Assembly (NCBI GenBank): GCA_965214605.1
Contig: OZ243961.1
Coordinates: 1,376,001-1,440,000, forward strand
Source of the DNA: an uncultured Candidatus Binatia bacterium
Lineage (GTDB): Bacteria > Desulfobacterota > Binatia > Bin18
Direction of reading: 5' to 3'
DNA: 64,000 nucleotides
Within the stretch, counting starts at the first letter, position 1, and every line of letters begins with the position of its first letter. A model generated the notes under the pieces. The model searched no databases. It was not told the DNA's origin and saw only the letters and a list, made by a program, of their open reading frames with translations. A program made the position numbers and the translations under genes. Of the stretch, positions 30,036 to 40,658 are shown piece after piece.

Positions 30036-31634
30036 TTAGATCTTCTTTTTCTTCTTCGAGACGTAATCAACCAGTAGATACTCTCCTAGGCTATCGGGCC
30101 GAGTATAAAATGCCCGGCCTCGGTTGAGTTGAGTCATTTTTTCTACAAACGCCCGCAGACTTGGGCTATCGTCGAGCATGAACGTATTAATGGTCACCCC
30201 ACGCTGGGTTGCCCGCTCAACCTCTCTAAGCGTTTCTTGAGCAGCCCGCATACTGATTCCGCCAAACGACAAGGGCCACTCGCAGTACAGCCGACCGTGA
30301 GAAAAATAGGCCGTGGGTTGACCGTCGGTGACCACAATAATCTGTCGGTTGTGGCTCGGATGGCGGTGAATCAGGTCTGAGGCCAGGCGAATGCCGTCCT
30401 GCAGGTTAGTGAACGGATCACCCATATTCCAGCTGGCTTCGGGCAGATCTTTGACTTTCAGCTCAACCGCGCGGGTAAAGAAACCTACGATCGCAAAATA
30501 ATCGCGCGGATAGCGCGTTCGAATCAAGCTTTCCAGAGCTAAGGCCACTTTTTTGGCGGCAGCAAAACGTCCCTCCCAACTCATCGACCAACTCATATCG
30601 AGCAACAGGACGGTCGAGGTGGTGGTCGCATGGTCGGTTTCATACACCGTAAAATCGTCGGGATGGATGCGCAGCGGTACCCCACTGCCGTTGCGCGTCA
30701 CCGACTTTTTGAGGGTGCCGACCAAATCAAGATGAAACGGATCTCCGTACGCGTAGGGTTTGGTTTCGTTGATCTTGATCTCGGCAATACCCCGATGGTC
30801 GGCGGCGTGGGTGCCAGAGCGCTCTCGTAGCAGAGCGGCATAAATATCCTGGAGGGCCAACTGGCCTATGCGACGGATGCCCTTGGGCGAGAGCATCAGA
30901 CGCCCTTCCCGAGGTACGACAAAGCCGGCATCCTGCAATAGCGCCTGGATCTGTTGGAGGTTCTGGAAGTCTTGGAGCGCGCCCTGGCCGAGCATGTCTT
31001 GGAGCATATTGGGGTCGATTTTCTCGGGTTGGCCGGAGAGCAGATTTTGCTCCATCTCTTGCAGCTGGGCCATCTCTTGCATCAGGTCTAGGGCTTCGTC
31101 ATAGGTGAGCGATTGCGGACCATTGAACAGATCGTTATAGCGCCGTTGGAAGTCCTCCAAGGAACGAATATTACCGAACTCTTGCATGAGATCGTTAAAC
31201 GCCTCTTGGGCAGCCTCATCTTCGAACGGATAGCGTGCCAGCTTCTCCATTTTATCGCTCAGCCGCCTGGGTAGACGATCAAGAAACTCCTCGTTTTTCT
31301 CCAACTCGGGTTGCTGTGGACGACGCTCCTGGAGCGTGTTGCGCTCTTGGTTCAGAATCTGGCTCAGCTTGTCCTCCATCTCGTCCAAGGACGAGTGCAG
31401 ATTGGTCTGGCGGTAGCGTTCGCGCATCTCCTCGCGCAGATCGCGGACCAGATCGTCCAAACCCTTGAGCTTCTCGTCGTTGTCCCCCTCCACGCCCTGG
31501 CGCATGAGTTTGTCCATAGCTTGACGCATATCGTCGGTGCCCGACAAATGGTCGGCCAGCTCTTGAAAGACCTTGTCTGCGGACAACTGAACCCGCTGAC
31601 TCCCGTCCCAGGCGGTATAACGTATGGTGATCAT
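30036..31634 (-). CDS. VWA domain protein
   Basis: MIDAS DMSWSM, TNLQDG, VVTDGQPT, and a helical N-terminus. Confidence 0.9.
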   Translation of the reverse strand: MITIRYTAWDGSQRVQLSADKVFQELADHLSGTDDMRQAMDKLMRQGVEGDNDEKLKGLDDLVRDLREEMRERYRQTNLHSSLDEMEDKLSQILNQERNTLQERRPQQPELEKNEEFLDRLPRRLSDKMEKLARYPFEDEAAQEAFNDLMQEFGNIRSLEDFQRRYNDLFNGPQSLTYDEALDLMQEMAQLQEMEQNLLSGQPEKIDPNMLQDMLGQGALQDFQNLQQIQALLQDAGFVVPREGRLMLSPKGIRRIGQLALQDIYAALLRERSGTHAADHRGIAEIKINETKPYAYGDPFHLDLVGTLKKSVTRNGSGVPLRIHPDDFTVYETDHATTTSTVLLLDMSWSMSWEGRFAAAKKVALALESLIRTRYPRDYFAIVGFFTRAVELKVKDLPEASWNMGDPFTNLQDGIRLASDLIHRHPSHNRQIIVVTDGQPTAYFSHGRLYCEWPLSFGGISMRAAQETLREVERATQRGVTINTFMLDDSPSLRAFVEKMTQLNRGRAFYTRPDSLGEYLLVDYVSKKKKKI

Positions 31635-31700
31635 GGGGTGAGACCGTGTTATGGCTAGCTAGAGCGGTCAAGCCGGAAGAATCTCGGGCCTGAGGACAGA

Positions 31701-33122
31701 CTATGCCCGGTAGGTAGAGCGTCCGCCTTCGCTCTCTTTATTGAGTTTCTGGTGGAGATGGAGCCCTTCGAGAATGAATTCGGTCGCCGCCGCAACGAGG
31801 CTCGGTTGCGAATCCACTCCCAAGACCTTGAGAGCATCGGCTAGCCCGGTGACCGTCTGTTGTTTCTCCAGATAGTCCTCGGCTGCCATAGCATCCGAAA
31901 TCTCTATTCCCCAGCCATTCTTGAAGTAGTTCACGACCGGAGCCAGCCCTTCGACACTCAGGTGTTGATCAAACACCTTTTGCACTGCTCGGCTGATCAG
32001 CCGTTCTATGATCTCGCCGTCTTTCTTCTCCTCACCCGAGTACTCTAGTTCGATCTTTCCAGCGGTTGAGGGATACAAGGCGTGCAGGTCGCTAATTCTG
32101 GGCACAACGTCTGACTCACCAAGGCGCACAGCGCGCTTCTCGGCGTTGCTGAGCAAACTCTCAAAATTATTGATCGTCACCCGAACGCTGACACCTGAAG
32201 CTTGGTTAATCTCGCCCGAATTGCGCGCCTCCATGGTCAGCTGGGCCAGAATTTCTTTCATAAACTGCGGCACTCGAAAAGCCCGTTCCCGGCGTGGAAA
32301 GATCGTCACTTCTTGTTCCATGATCGAAATCTCATGGTCAAGCGAGCGCGGGTAATGGGTCCGAATCTGGACATCGAAGCGGTCCTTGAGAGGCGTAATA
32401 ATCCGGCCCCGACTGGTGTAATCTTCCGGGTTAGCGCTAGCGACAATCATGACATCGACCGGTAGGCGAATTTTAAAACCCTTAATCTGGACGTCTTTTT
32501 CTTCCATTAGGTTAAACAGACCGACCTGGACCTTTTCGGTCAGATCAGGCAACTCATTAATAGCAAAGATACCGCGATTGGTACGGGGAATGAGGCCATA
32601 GTGGACGGTCTCTTCGTTTGACAGATAGCGGCCTTCAGCGATCTTGATCGGATCAACCTCACCGATCAAATCGGCCACCGCCACGTCTGGAGTGGCCAGT
32701 TTTTCGGCGTAGCGTTCATCCCGTATCAGCCAGGCGATCTCCAAATCATCGCCCCTTTCGGCCGCCAGTCTCCTCCCCTGGGCCGTGATCGGGACAAAAG
32801 GATTCTCTGGGATTTCTGCGTCCCGAATGACCGGAACATAGGGGTCTAATAGCGAGGTGAGGTTGCGAATAATCCGGGACTTGGCCTGGCCGCGTTCACC
32901 CAGGAAGACCATGTGGTGGCCAGCCAGGACCGCATTCTCGACATCCGGAATCACACTGTCTTCATAGCCGATAATGCCGGGCAGGATCTGCTCACCCGTC
33001 GCAAGCATACGCAGCAAATTGGTCCGCATCTCTTCCCGCACGGAGAGCACCTGATAGCCCTCCTTTTTCAGATCTCCAAGCGTCCGAGCTTCCTGACGCA
33101 GGGTTTCGCTAGGGTGTTGCAC
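31701..33122 (-). CDS. AAA+ ATPase (Mg-chelatase/MoxR-like), partner of the VWA protein
   Basis: Walker A variant GERGQAKS, Walker B variant FAINELPDL, ANPEDYTSRGRIITPLKDRF. Confidence 0.88.
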   Translation of the reverse strand: MQHPSETLRQEARTLGDLKKEGYQVLSVREEMRTNLLRMLATGEQILPGIIGYEDSVIPDVENAVLAGHHMVFLGERGQAKSRIIRNLTSLLDPYVPVIRDAEIPENPFVPITAQGRRLAAERGDDLEIAWLIRDERYAEKLATPDVAVADLIGEVDPIKIAEGRYLSNEETVHYGLIPRTNRGIFAINELPDLTEKVQVGLFNLMEEKDVQIKGFKIRLPVDVMIVASANPEDYTSRGRIITPLKDRFDVQIRTHYPRSLDHEISIMEQEVTIFPRRERAFRVPQFMKEILAQLTMEARNSGEINQASGVSVRVTINNFESLLSNAEKRAVRLGESDVVPRISDLHALYPSTAGKIELEYSGEEKKDGEIIERLISRAVQKVFDQHLSVEGLAPVVNYFKNGWGIEISDAMAAEDYLEKQQTVTGLADALKVLGVDSQPSLVAAATEFILEGLHLHQKLNKESEGGRSTYRA

Positions 33123-33130
33123 GACGATCT

Positions 33131-33502
33131 TTACCTCTCCTCTGCACTTTCAGTCTGGGGGCCCTGATCTAGGCGGGTTGGTACGCCGTCCAGCGGCGTG
33201 TTCGCCTGGGCTGAAGCCGTTTGATTATCCACCCGCAATCGGAGCTCTTTACCAACTTTGAACAACAACACGCGCTTGGCCGCCACCGAGACAACCGTAC
33301 CGTTGCGCGGATTGCGCCCCTCGCGAGCCGGGCGATACTTGATGATAAAACTCCCAAATCCCCGAATTTCGATCCGCTCGCCCTGCGTCAAGGCCTGCCT
33401 CATGCTATCAAACACCGCGTTGACCATGACTTCGGCCTCACGCCGCGAGAACCGGGGGTATCGCTCCGCCACTTCCTCGATAAGCTCCCGTTTCGTCACC
33501 AC
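33131..33502 (-). CDS. ihfB: Integration host factor beta subunit
   Basis: TKRELI, RIEIRGFGSF, GRNPRNG, FKVGKELR. Downstream of rpsA. Confidence 0.93.
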   Translation of the reverse strand: MVTKRELIEEVAERYPRFSRREAEVMVNAVFDSMRQALTQGERIEIRGFGSFIIKYRPAREGRNPRNGTVVSVAAKRVLLFKVGKELRLRVDNQTASAQANTPLDGVPTRLDQGPQTESAEER

Positions 33503-33510
33503 CCTGCCCC

Positions 33511-35322
33511 TTAGGCTTTCTGCCGGTCATTCTTGTCCTCGGCGTCTTCCCGGTCGAGTCGTAATTCCTCGCCCAGAATATCTTCAAAGGAAAACCGCGC
33601 CTCTTCCCGCTCACGCTGTAAATAGGCCTCCATCTCGGCCCGCTCTTCGGTTCGACGCAGGGCTTTAATACTCAGCCCCATCTTGTGTTCACGAGCGTCA
33701 ATGTGGATGACCTCAGCCTCGACTTCAGTCCCAACGTCAAACAGCGCCGACGGTTTCTCAACCCGTTCGGTCGACAGCTGGGAAATATGGACCAGCCCCT
33801 CGACCCCGTCTTCAACCTTAACGAACACACCAAAATCGGTCACGCTGGTAATCTTGCCTTTGACGTGACTACCAATCGGATGGCGATCGGCCAGGGTCTG
33901 CCACGGATCAATCATCGCCTGTTTAATCCCCAGAGAGACCCGCTCATTTGCGACGTCAACTCCAAGGATAACCGCCTCAACCTCGTCGCCCTTTTTGAAC
34001 AGCTCTGAGGGGTGTTTGACCTTTTTTGTCCAATGGAGGTCAGAAATATGAGCGAGGCCGTCAATGCCGTCTTCGACCTCGACAAACACACCAAAATCGG
34101 TGATGCTCTTGACCTGGCCCGAGATATGGCTGCCGACCGGATGATTCATCCGTACCAGCTCCCACGGATTGGGCGAAATCTGTTTGAGTCCCAAGGAGAT
34201 ACGCCGGTGGTCAGGGCTAATGTCCAAGACCACAACGTTGATCTCATCCCCGACCGACAACAGCCTGGAGGGATGGGCGATACGCTTGGTCCACGACATT
34301 TCTGACACGTGCAGCAGCCCCTCGACCCCGCTCTCTAGCTCAACAAAGGCGCCGTAATCGGCCAGGCTAACGACTTTTCCGTGGACCCTGCCATCTACCC
34401 TATAGCGCTCGGCAACCGTGATCCAGGGGTCGGGAACTAACTGCTTAAGACCGAGCGAGACCCGTTCACGCTTCGCATCGTACTTTAAGACCACGACCTT
34501 GATGATTTCACCGGCCTTGACCATTTCCGATGGGTGGCTGACACGGCCCCACGACATATCGGTCACATGCAGCAGGCCATCAATGCCGCCCAGATCAACA
34601 AACGCCCCGTAGTCGGTGATGTTCTTGACCGTCCCCTCCAGAATGACCCCCTCTTCGATCAGCTTTAACGTCTCCTCGCGCAGGGCCGCCCGTTCTTGCT
34701 CTAATACCGTCCGTCGCGAGATGACCACGTTGGCCCGCGAGCGGTTATACTTTAAGACCGCGAATTTCTCCCGACGTCCGATAAAACGATCTAGATCCCG
34801 CACCGGCCGGAGGTCGACATGCGAGCCGGGTAGAAAGGCCGGGACCCCGATATCAACTTTCAGACCTCCTTTGACTTTGCCAACGATGCTGCCCTCGATG
34901 GGCACCCCTTTGGTATAGGCTTCTTCAATTTTGTGCCACACCCGAAACTGTTCCGCCTTGGCCCGAGACAGCACTATCCCTTCCTGCTCGGCGTCGGCTG
35001 AATCAAAAAAGACCTCAACCTCATCGCCCTCACTTATAGTGACTTCTCCATCGCGTGAGCGGAACTCAGCCACGGGGATTTGCCCCTCTGATTTATAGCC
35101 AATGTCGATCGTGACCATCTCCGGCCCAACGTTCACCACCCGCCCTCGGACGATCTCACCCGGTTTGACTGTCTGTAAACTCTCTTCAAACAGTTGGCTA
35201 AAATCTTCGCTCCCGACGTCCTGTCCTTCTTCGGGTGAGCTTTCCGGCTGAGCCAGGCTCTCCTCCGTGGCAACGCCGCCGTCTTGGGCCTGGGCTTCTT
35301 CGTGCTCGGTGTTATGTTCCAT
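33511..35322 (-). CDS. rpsA: 30S ribosomal protein S1
   Basis: Six S1 repeats (e.g. ITDYGAFVDLGGIDGLLH), AFLPGSHVD. Confidence 0.98.
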   Translation of the reverse strand: MEHNTEHEEAQAQDGGVATEESLAQPESSPEEGQDVGSEDFSQLFEESLQTVKPGEIVRGRVVNVGPEMVTIDIGYKSEGQIPVAEFRSRDGEVTISEGDEVEVFFDSADAEQEGIVLSRAKAEQFRVWHKIEEAYTKGVPIEGSIVGKVKGGLKVDIGVPAFLPGSHVDLRPVRDLDRFIGRREKFAVLKYNRSRANVVISRRTVLEQERAALREETLKLIEEGVILEGTVKNITDYGAFVDLGGIDGLLHVTDMSWGRVSHPSEMVKAGEIIKVVVLKYDAKRERVSLGLKQLVPDPWITVAERYRVDGRVHGKVVSLADYGAFVELESGVEGLLHVSEMSWTKRIAHPSRLLSVGDEINVVVLDISPDHRRISLGLKQISPNPWELVRMNHPVGSHISGQVKSITDFGVFVEVEDGIDGLAHISDLHWTKKVKHPSELFKKGDEVEAVILGVDVANERVSLGIKQAMIDPWQTLADRHPIGSHVKGKITSVTDFGVFVKVEDGVEGLVHISQLSTERVEKPSALFDVGTEVEAEVIHIDAREHKMGLSIKALRRTEERAEMEAYLQREREEARFSFEDILGEELRLDREDAEDKNDRQKA

Positions 35323-35402
35323 GTTTGTGTGTACCCCCTAGGAAGCTCCTTGCTCCTTGCTTTTCCCATACTCCCCTCTCCATCAGGTTGCAAGAGCTGG
35401 GC

Positions 35403-36101
35403 CTAGTACTTTTTCCTTTTTTCATCGCCACTTGCGCAGTTCTTCGTGTAATTGACAAGCGTGTCCACTACTTCTGTCAGGCTGAAGTCGGTGGTGTCAA
35501 GAATAACGGCGTCAGAGGCCGGGCGCAGCGGCGCATGGTTGCGTCCCCGATCCCGTTCGTCCCGTTCCTCCATATCGCTACGTATCAGCGCCAGAGAAGT
35601 TGAGACGCCTTTTTGGCGTAATTCTCGGTAGCGACGGCGGCTGCGTTCTTCGGCCGAGGCGTCAAGATAGACCTTAAGGTCGGCATCAGGAAAGACTACG
35701 GTGCCAATATCCCTCCCCTCAACGACCACCCCTCCGCCGCGGCCCAACTCGCGCTGGAGTGCTAGCAAACGCTCACGCACGAGCGGCTGAGTGGAGACCT
35801 TGGATGCCATCCGGCTTACCTCAGGACGCCGAATCTGCTCGGTCACATCCCGCTGGCCCAGAAAAAGACGCTGGCCGCTCGGCCCCGGCTCAAAGCGCAC
35901 CTTGAGCGCCTCGCACACCAGTGCCAAACCCTCAACGTCGTCAGGAGCGAGCTGTCGCTCCCAGGCCAACAGGCCGACTGCCCGGTACAACGCCCCGGTG
36001 TCAAGATAGCGATAGCCGAGGCGTTCGGCCAACAAGCGGCTGGTCGAGCTTTTTCCGGATCCAGCCGGACCGTCTAGGGCAATCGTCAGACTTGTTTTCA
36101 T
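35403..36101 (-). CDS. cmk: Cytidylate kinase
   Basis: DGPAGSGKS, LDTGALYR, EGRDIGTVVFPDA. Confidence 0.97.
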   Translation of the reverse strand: MKTSLTIALDGPAGSGKSSTSRLLAERLGYRYLDTGALYRAVGLLAWERQLAPDDVEGLALVCEALKVRFEPGPSGQRLFLGQRDVTEQIRRPEVSRMASKVSTQPLVRERLLALQRELGRGGGVVVEGRDIGTVVFPDADLKVYLDASAEERSRRRYRELRQKGVSTSLALIRSDMEERDERDRGRNHAPLRPASDAVILDTTDFSLTEVVDTLVNYTKNCASGDEKRKKY

Positions 36102-36105
36102 GCGC

Positions 36106-37443
36106 TTATCGGACAGTCTGGATAGCGACGCCGCCTAGCTCCTGCAACATACTGTGGAAGCCTGGAAATGAAATATCAACGCAGCTGGCCTGGTCTACAA
36201 CCAGCGGCCCGGCCGCCCGCAGTCCGGCCACGCTAAGCGCCATGGCGATGCGGTGATCGCCCCCACTGAAGACGGTCGCGGCCCGAAACGGCCGACCCTG
36301 GGTGGACCGGCCCTTGATGACCAGCCCATCCGGCAGCTCGGTCACGCCGACGCCGAGCCCCCGGAGCGCAGCGGCAATAGTCTGCAGCCGATCGCTCTCC
36401 TTCACCCGCAGCTCCTGAGCCCCACGAATCACAGTTGTGCCCTCGGCACACGCCGCAACCACTGCAATAATTGGAAACTCATCAATAGCTCGGACGACCA
36501 ACTCTCCATCAATCCGCGTGCCACGCAGCCGGCTGGAGTGGACCACCACATCGCCCACCGGCTCGCCACCCACCTGGCGTTGGTTATCAATGCGCAGCGC
36601 TCCACCCATCGCTCGGAAGATATCGAGTACCCCGGTCCGGGTCGGATTCAGCCCCACGCCACGGACGCGCAGGTCGGAGCCCGGCACAATCAGTCCCGCC
36701 CCGATAAAAAAAGCGGCTGCCGATAGATCGCCGGGCACCTCAAGCTCACAAGCATGCAGCCGCTGTTCACCCACGACAGAGACTCTTGTGCCCCGCACCT
36801 CGACCCGGCCACCGAACGCCGTCAGCATCCGCTCGGTATGATCACGGGAACGGACGGGTTCCCAGACCTGGGTCGTGCCCCGAGCCTGGAGCCCAGCTAG
36901 GAGAATGGCCGACTTAACCTGGGCGCTGGCCACCGGGCTGTGGTAGCATATCGCCTGAAGCATCTGATCTGGGTCGAGGCCCCGGATGTGTAGGGGCACG
37001 CGGTTTGTTCCGCCCTCACCTGTGATCCTCGCCCCCATCCGGCTCAGCGGATCAATCACCCGGTCCATCGGCCGGCTGCGCAGCGACGCGTCGCCGTCAA
37101 GCCAAGAGGCAAAAGCACGGCCCGATAAAACGCCGCACAACAGGCGGGTGGTCGTCCCCGAATTACCGCAGGCAAGGGGTACTGACGGAGCCCGCAGCCC
37201 GTCCCAACCCCGACCTGTGACGATCACCTCGGTGCCGTCATGAGCAATGTCGACCCCGAGTTCTCGGAAAACGCCGATCGTACTGCGGTTATCCCCGCCC
37301 AAAGAACAGTTGCGGATGCGGCTCTGGCCGTGGGCGACCGAGGCAAACATGACCGCCCGATGGCTGATCGACTTGTCGCCAGGCAAGCTGAGTTCTCCAC
37401 GCATCCCAGCCAAGGCGGGGTTGATGAGCAAGGCATCGGTCAT
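36106..37443 (-). CDS. aroA: EPSP synthase
   Basis: PGDKSISHRA, GNSGTT, SAQVKSA, ELRVKESDR, DHRIAM. Confidence 0.98.
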   Translation of the reverse strand: MTDALLINPALAGMRGELSLPGDKSISHRAVMFASVAHGQSRIRNCSLGGDNRSTIGVFRELGVDIAHDGTEVIVTGRGWDGLRAPSVPLACGNSGTTTRLLCGVLSGRAFASWLDGDASLRSRPMDRVIDPLSRMGARITGEGGTNRVPLHIRGLDPDQMLQAICYHSPVASAQVKSAILLAGLQARGTTQVWEPVRSRDHTERMLTAFGGRVEVRGTRVSVVGEQRLHACELEVPGDLSAAAFFIGAGLIVPGSDLRVRGVGLNPTRTGVLDIFRAMGGALRIDNQRQVGGEPVGDVVVHSSRLRGTRIDGELVVRAIDEFPIIAVVAACAEGTTVIRGAQELRVKESDRLQTIAAALRGLGVGVTELPDGLVIKGRSTQGRPFRAATVFSGGDHRIAMALSVAGLRAAGPLVVDQASCVDISFPGFHSMLQELGGVAIQTVR

Positions 37444-38321
37444 GACTGGTCTCGCAGGCGCGTCAAACGCTGCCGTTCTGTCCGGGCCGCAGCCACCGCC
37501 TCGGCCAGAGTCTGGCCGTCAGCCTCAGCAATAGCCGCTTTGAAGTCAGCTAAGGCAGTCTCAAACTCAGTCACCGCAGCCAACAGTGCCCGGCGATTCT
37601 CAAGGCAAATATCCCGCCACATCTCAACCGGACTGGCCGCGACCCGGCTCAGATCATGAAAGGCGCTGCCCGCGTAGGCTAGGGCATCCACGCCGGACAG
37701 CGGGTGGGCCAGCACGGCGTTCATCACACTAAAGGCAATCACATGCGGCAGGTGACTGACCCGCGCTAGCACCTGATCGTGGACCCGCATGTCCATCTCT
37801 TCGACCCGCATGCCAACCGTCTGCCACAGATCGCGGACGCGGGCTAAAGCGACCGGATCGGTGGTCGGGGTCGGAGTCAACACACACAGCCGATTTTCAA
37901 ACAGTGAGGCAAAGGCCGCTGCCGCACCGGCCTGCTCAGTCCCGGCAATCGGATGCGCCCCCACACAGGGCAGAGATGGTGGCAGGATCTCCTCCAATAC
38001 CGTCACCACACGTTCTTTGACGCTGCCCGCATCGGTAATAATACAGCCGGGTGGCAAATAGGGGATGAACTGCTCCATCACCCGCCGGGTGGCGGCAACC
38101 GGCACGGCCAACAGCAACAGGTCTGTCCCCTGAGCCGCCTCGGCTGGATCAAAAGTATAGGCGTCAATACAACCACGCTCCAGCGCAATCTTGAGGTTGG
38201 ATTCGGTCCGACCAAAACCGATCACCTCGCCGACCAGACCGCGCTGACGGGCGGCCAGCCCCAGCGAGCCGCCGATCAGACCAACCCCGACAATGAGCAG
38301 ACGGTGGAAGAGAACGGCCAT
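37440..38321 (-). CDS. tyrA: Prephenate/arogenate dehydrogenase
   Basis: GVGLIGGS, TDAGSVK, HPIAGTE, HD...SHLPH. Confidence 0.95.
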   Translation of the reverse strand: MAVLFHRLLIVGVGLIGGSLGLAARQRGLVGEVIGFGRTESNLKIALERGCIDAYTFDPAEAAQGTDLLLLAVPVAATRRVMEQFIPYLPPGCIITDAGSVKERVVTVLEEILPPSLPCVGAHPIAGTEQAGAAAAFASLFENRLCVLTPTPTTDPVALARVRDLWQTVGMRVEEMDMRVHDQVLARVSHLPHVIAFSVMNAVLAHPLSGVDALAYAGSAFHDLSRVAASPVEMWRDICLENRRALLAAVTEFETALADFKAAIAEADGQTLAEAVAAARTERQRLTRLRDQS

Positions 38322-38327
38322 ACGTTT

Positions 38328-39419
38328 TTACGCTTTCTTGACAATCTGCTCCATCACTCGAATAAAGCGCTCGTTCTCGTGCCGAGTGCCGACGCTTACC
38401 CGGGCGTAGCCGGGATAGCCATAACCCTCCATCGGTCGGACAATAATTCCGGCCGGCAACAGCTGTTCTGCAACTCCGGCCCCAATTTTGACCAGCAGAA
38501 AGTTGGCCCAGCTCGGAGTGTACTCCAAGCCCAAGCGGTCTAGCTCGGCACGTAAATAGGCCAAACCCTGCGCGTTGTTGTCCTGAGTGCGACGAATATG
38601 CGTCTCATCGTCCAGGGCGGCCAAGGCCCCGACCTGGGCTAAGCTATTGACGTTAAACGGCTGACGAATGCGGTTGAGGGCATCAATCAGCTGGGGCGAA
38701 GAGATACCGTAGCCGATCCGCAGCCCGGCCAAACCGTAGATCTTAGAGAAGGTGCGCAGGGTGACGATGAGCCGGTCGTCGCTCTGATAATCGAGCGAGT
38801 TTGGATAGTCCGGGTCATTCACAAACTCAAGGTACGCCTCGTCGACCACAATCACCACTTCAGGCGGTACGCGCAGCAAAAACGCTTCCCACTCGTCGCG
38901 GGTATAGATCGTCCCGGTGGGGTTATTGGGATTATCCAGAAAGACGATCCGGGTATCCGCGGTCACGGCCTCGGCCATGGCCGCGAGGTCAAACCGAAAG
39001 CCTCTATGTGGAACCGTAATCGTCCGTCCTCCTGCGGCTTTATTCACCAAATGGTAAACGGCAAAGGCGTGAGCACCGACCACGATAGCCTCACCGACCC
39101 GTACAAAGGTCCGCACGATCATTTCAATCAGCTCGTTTGAGCCGTTCCCCATAATCAGGCGCGAGCGGTCGAGCCCAAGCTTTTCGGACAGGCGCTTTTT
39201 CAGATAAAACGCGTCGCCGTCGGGATAGAGATTGAGGGCGGGCAGAGCGGTCGTAATCGCCGAGACCGCCTTGGGCGAGGGACCGAGAGGATTTTCGTTT
39301 GAGGCGATTTTAATCGAGTCGGTGATGCCATAGTCACGTTCGACCTCTTCGACCGGCTTGCCGGGCTGGTACGGCCTCAGAGACAGAATCCATTCAGGAA
39401 CATATTTCTCAATATCCAT
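38328..39419 (-). CDS. hisC: Histidinol-phosphate/aromatic aminotransferase
   Basis: ASNENPLG, GNGSNELI, NPNNPTG, DEAY, RTFSKIYGLAGLRIGY. Confidence 0.95.
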   Translation of the reverse strand: MDIEKYVPEWILSLRPYQPGKPVEEVERDYGITDSIKIASNENPLGPSPKAVSAITTALPALNLYPDGDAFYLKKRLSEKLGLDRSRLIMGNGSNELIEMIVRTFVRVGEAIVVGAHAFAVYHLVNKAAGGRTITVPHRGFRFDLAAMAEAVTADTRIVFLDNPNNPTGTIYTRDEWEAFLLRVPPEVVIVVDEAYLEFVNDPDYPNSLDYQSDDRLIVTLRTFSKIYGLAGLRIGYGISSPQLIDALNRIRQPFNVNSLAQVGALAALDDETHIRRTQDNNAQGLAYLRAELDRLGLEYTPSWANFLLVKIGAGVAEQLLPAGIIVRPMEGYGYPGYARVSVGTRHENERFIRVMEQIVKKA

Positions 39420-39475
39420 ACGTTCTCACCCCAGCGGTTGTGACCGGACACGATCCCCAGTGATATCGGACCCGC

Positions 39476-40579
39476 TTAGGGTCGGCTGGCCAATTTTTCG
39501 GTCGCATACGAGCCCAGGATCCTGACCTGAACGCACAGCGGCTCAATCTCTTGGAGCGCCCGAGCCAGGGGGGGATCCTCCCTATGGCCTTCCACATCAA
39601 TAAAAAACAGATACTCCCAGGGTTTGCCCTTGAGCGGACGCGACTCAATACGTAGCATATTGATCGCGTTGTCGGCAAAAGGTTTGAGCATTTGGTACAG
39701 GGCACCCGCCTTGTCCTTGACCGACACGAACAGGGCGGTTTTATCGTAGCCGGTCGGTTTTGAGGGCTGTTCATGGCCTAATATGGCAAAGCGGGTGAAG
39801 TTGGCGGTCTGATCCTGGATATCGGCGGCCAGCACCCTGAGCTTATACTCCTCACCCGCTAGACGGCTGGCAATGGCCGCTGTTCGGGTGTCACGGGCGG
39901 CCAGTTCGGCCGCCCGTGAGTTACTACTGGCTTCTTCAACAGCCGCGCTCGACAGGTGGGTGGCCAACCAGCGCCGGCACTGGGCTAAGGCCTGTGGATG
40001 GGCTAAGACCCGCTCCACCCGCTCCATCCGTGCCTCACGACTGAGCAGACAGTGACGGATGGCCAGGGAGCGTTCGGCAATAATATTGAGCGGCGATTCG
40101 ACAAACAGGTCAAGCGTAATATCGACCGCTCCGCCGGTCGAATTTTCGATCGGCACCATCCCGTAATCGGTGTGCCCGTGCTCGACCTCGGCAAATACCT
40201 CGGGAATAGTCGAGACTGGGACGCACTCGGCCTGAGCGCCAAACTGTTCACGGACGGCCATATGGGTGTATGACGCGGCCGGCCCTAGATAGGCAATCCT
40301 GGGCAGCTGTTCGAGAGCTCGCGAGGCTGAGATGATCTCGCGATAGATGGCCTGCACGGCGCGGGTTGAGAGCGGGCCATCATTTAATTCGGCTAGGCGG
40401 GCCATGATCTGGTGTTCGCGGCTCGGCACATAGGCCGCGGCCTGATCGCTGACCTTGGCCCGGCCAACGCGTTGGGCCACGCTCGCCCGGCGATTAATGA
40501 GACGGATAATCTGGGCGTCAATCTGGTCAATTTTTTCACGGAGGAGAGCGAGTGAAGCAACTGGACGTTTTTTCGGCAC
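39476..40579 (-). CDS. pheA: Chorismate mutase/prephenate dehydratase
   Basis: LREKIDQID CM domain, PIENST, NFTRF, RIESRP ACT domain. Confidence 0.97.
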   Translation of the reverse strand: MPKKRPVASLALLREKIDQIDAQIIRLINRRASVAQRVGRAKVSDQAAAYVPSREHQIMARLAELNDGPLSTRAVQAIYREIISASRALEQLPRIAYLGPAASYTHMAVREQFGAQAECVPVSTIPEVFAEVEHGHTDYGMVPIENSTGGAVDITLDLFVESPLNIIAERSLAIRHCLLSREARMERVERVLAHPQALAQCRRWLATHLSSAAVEEASSNSRAAELAARDTRTAAIASRLAGEEYKLRVLAADIQDQTANFTRFAILGHEQPSKPTGYDKTALFVSVKDKAGALYQMLKPFADNAINMLRIESRPLKGKPWEYLFFIDVEGHREDPPLARALQEIEPLCVQVRILGSYATEKLASRP

Positions 40580-40658
40580 GGATCATTTTGTACTATGATT
40601 CACACCCCACGTCTATCGGTCTTCAGTCTGCCTCTCTCAAGTCGCTGCAACGGCGAGC

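Noticed and set aside
33600-35200. Internal repeats in rpsA
   Set aside because: Ordinary S1 domain repeats.
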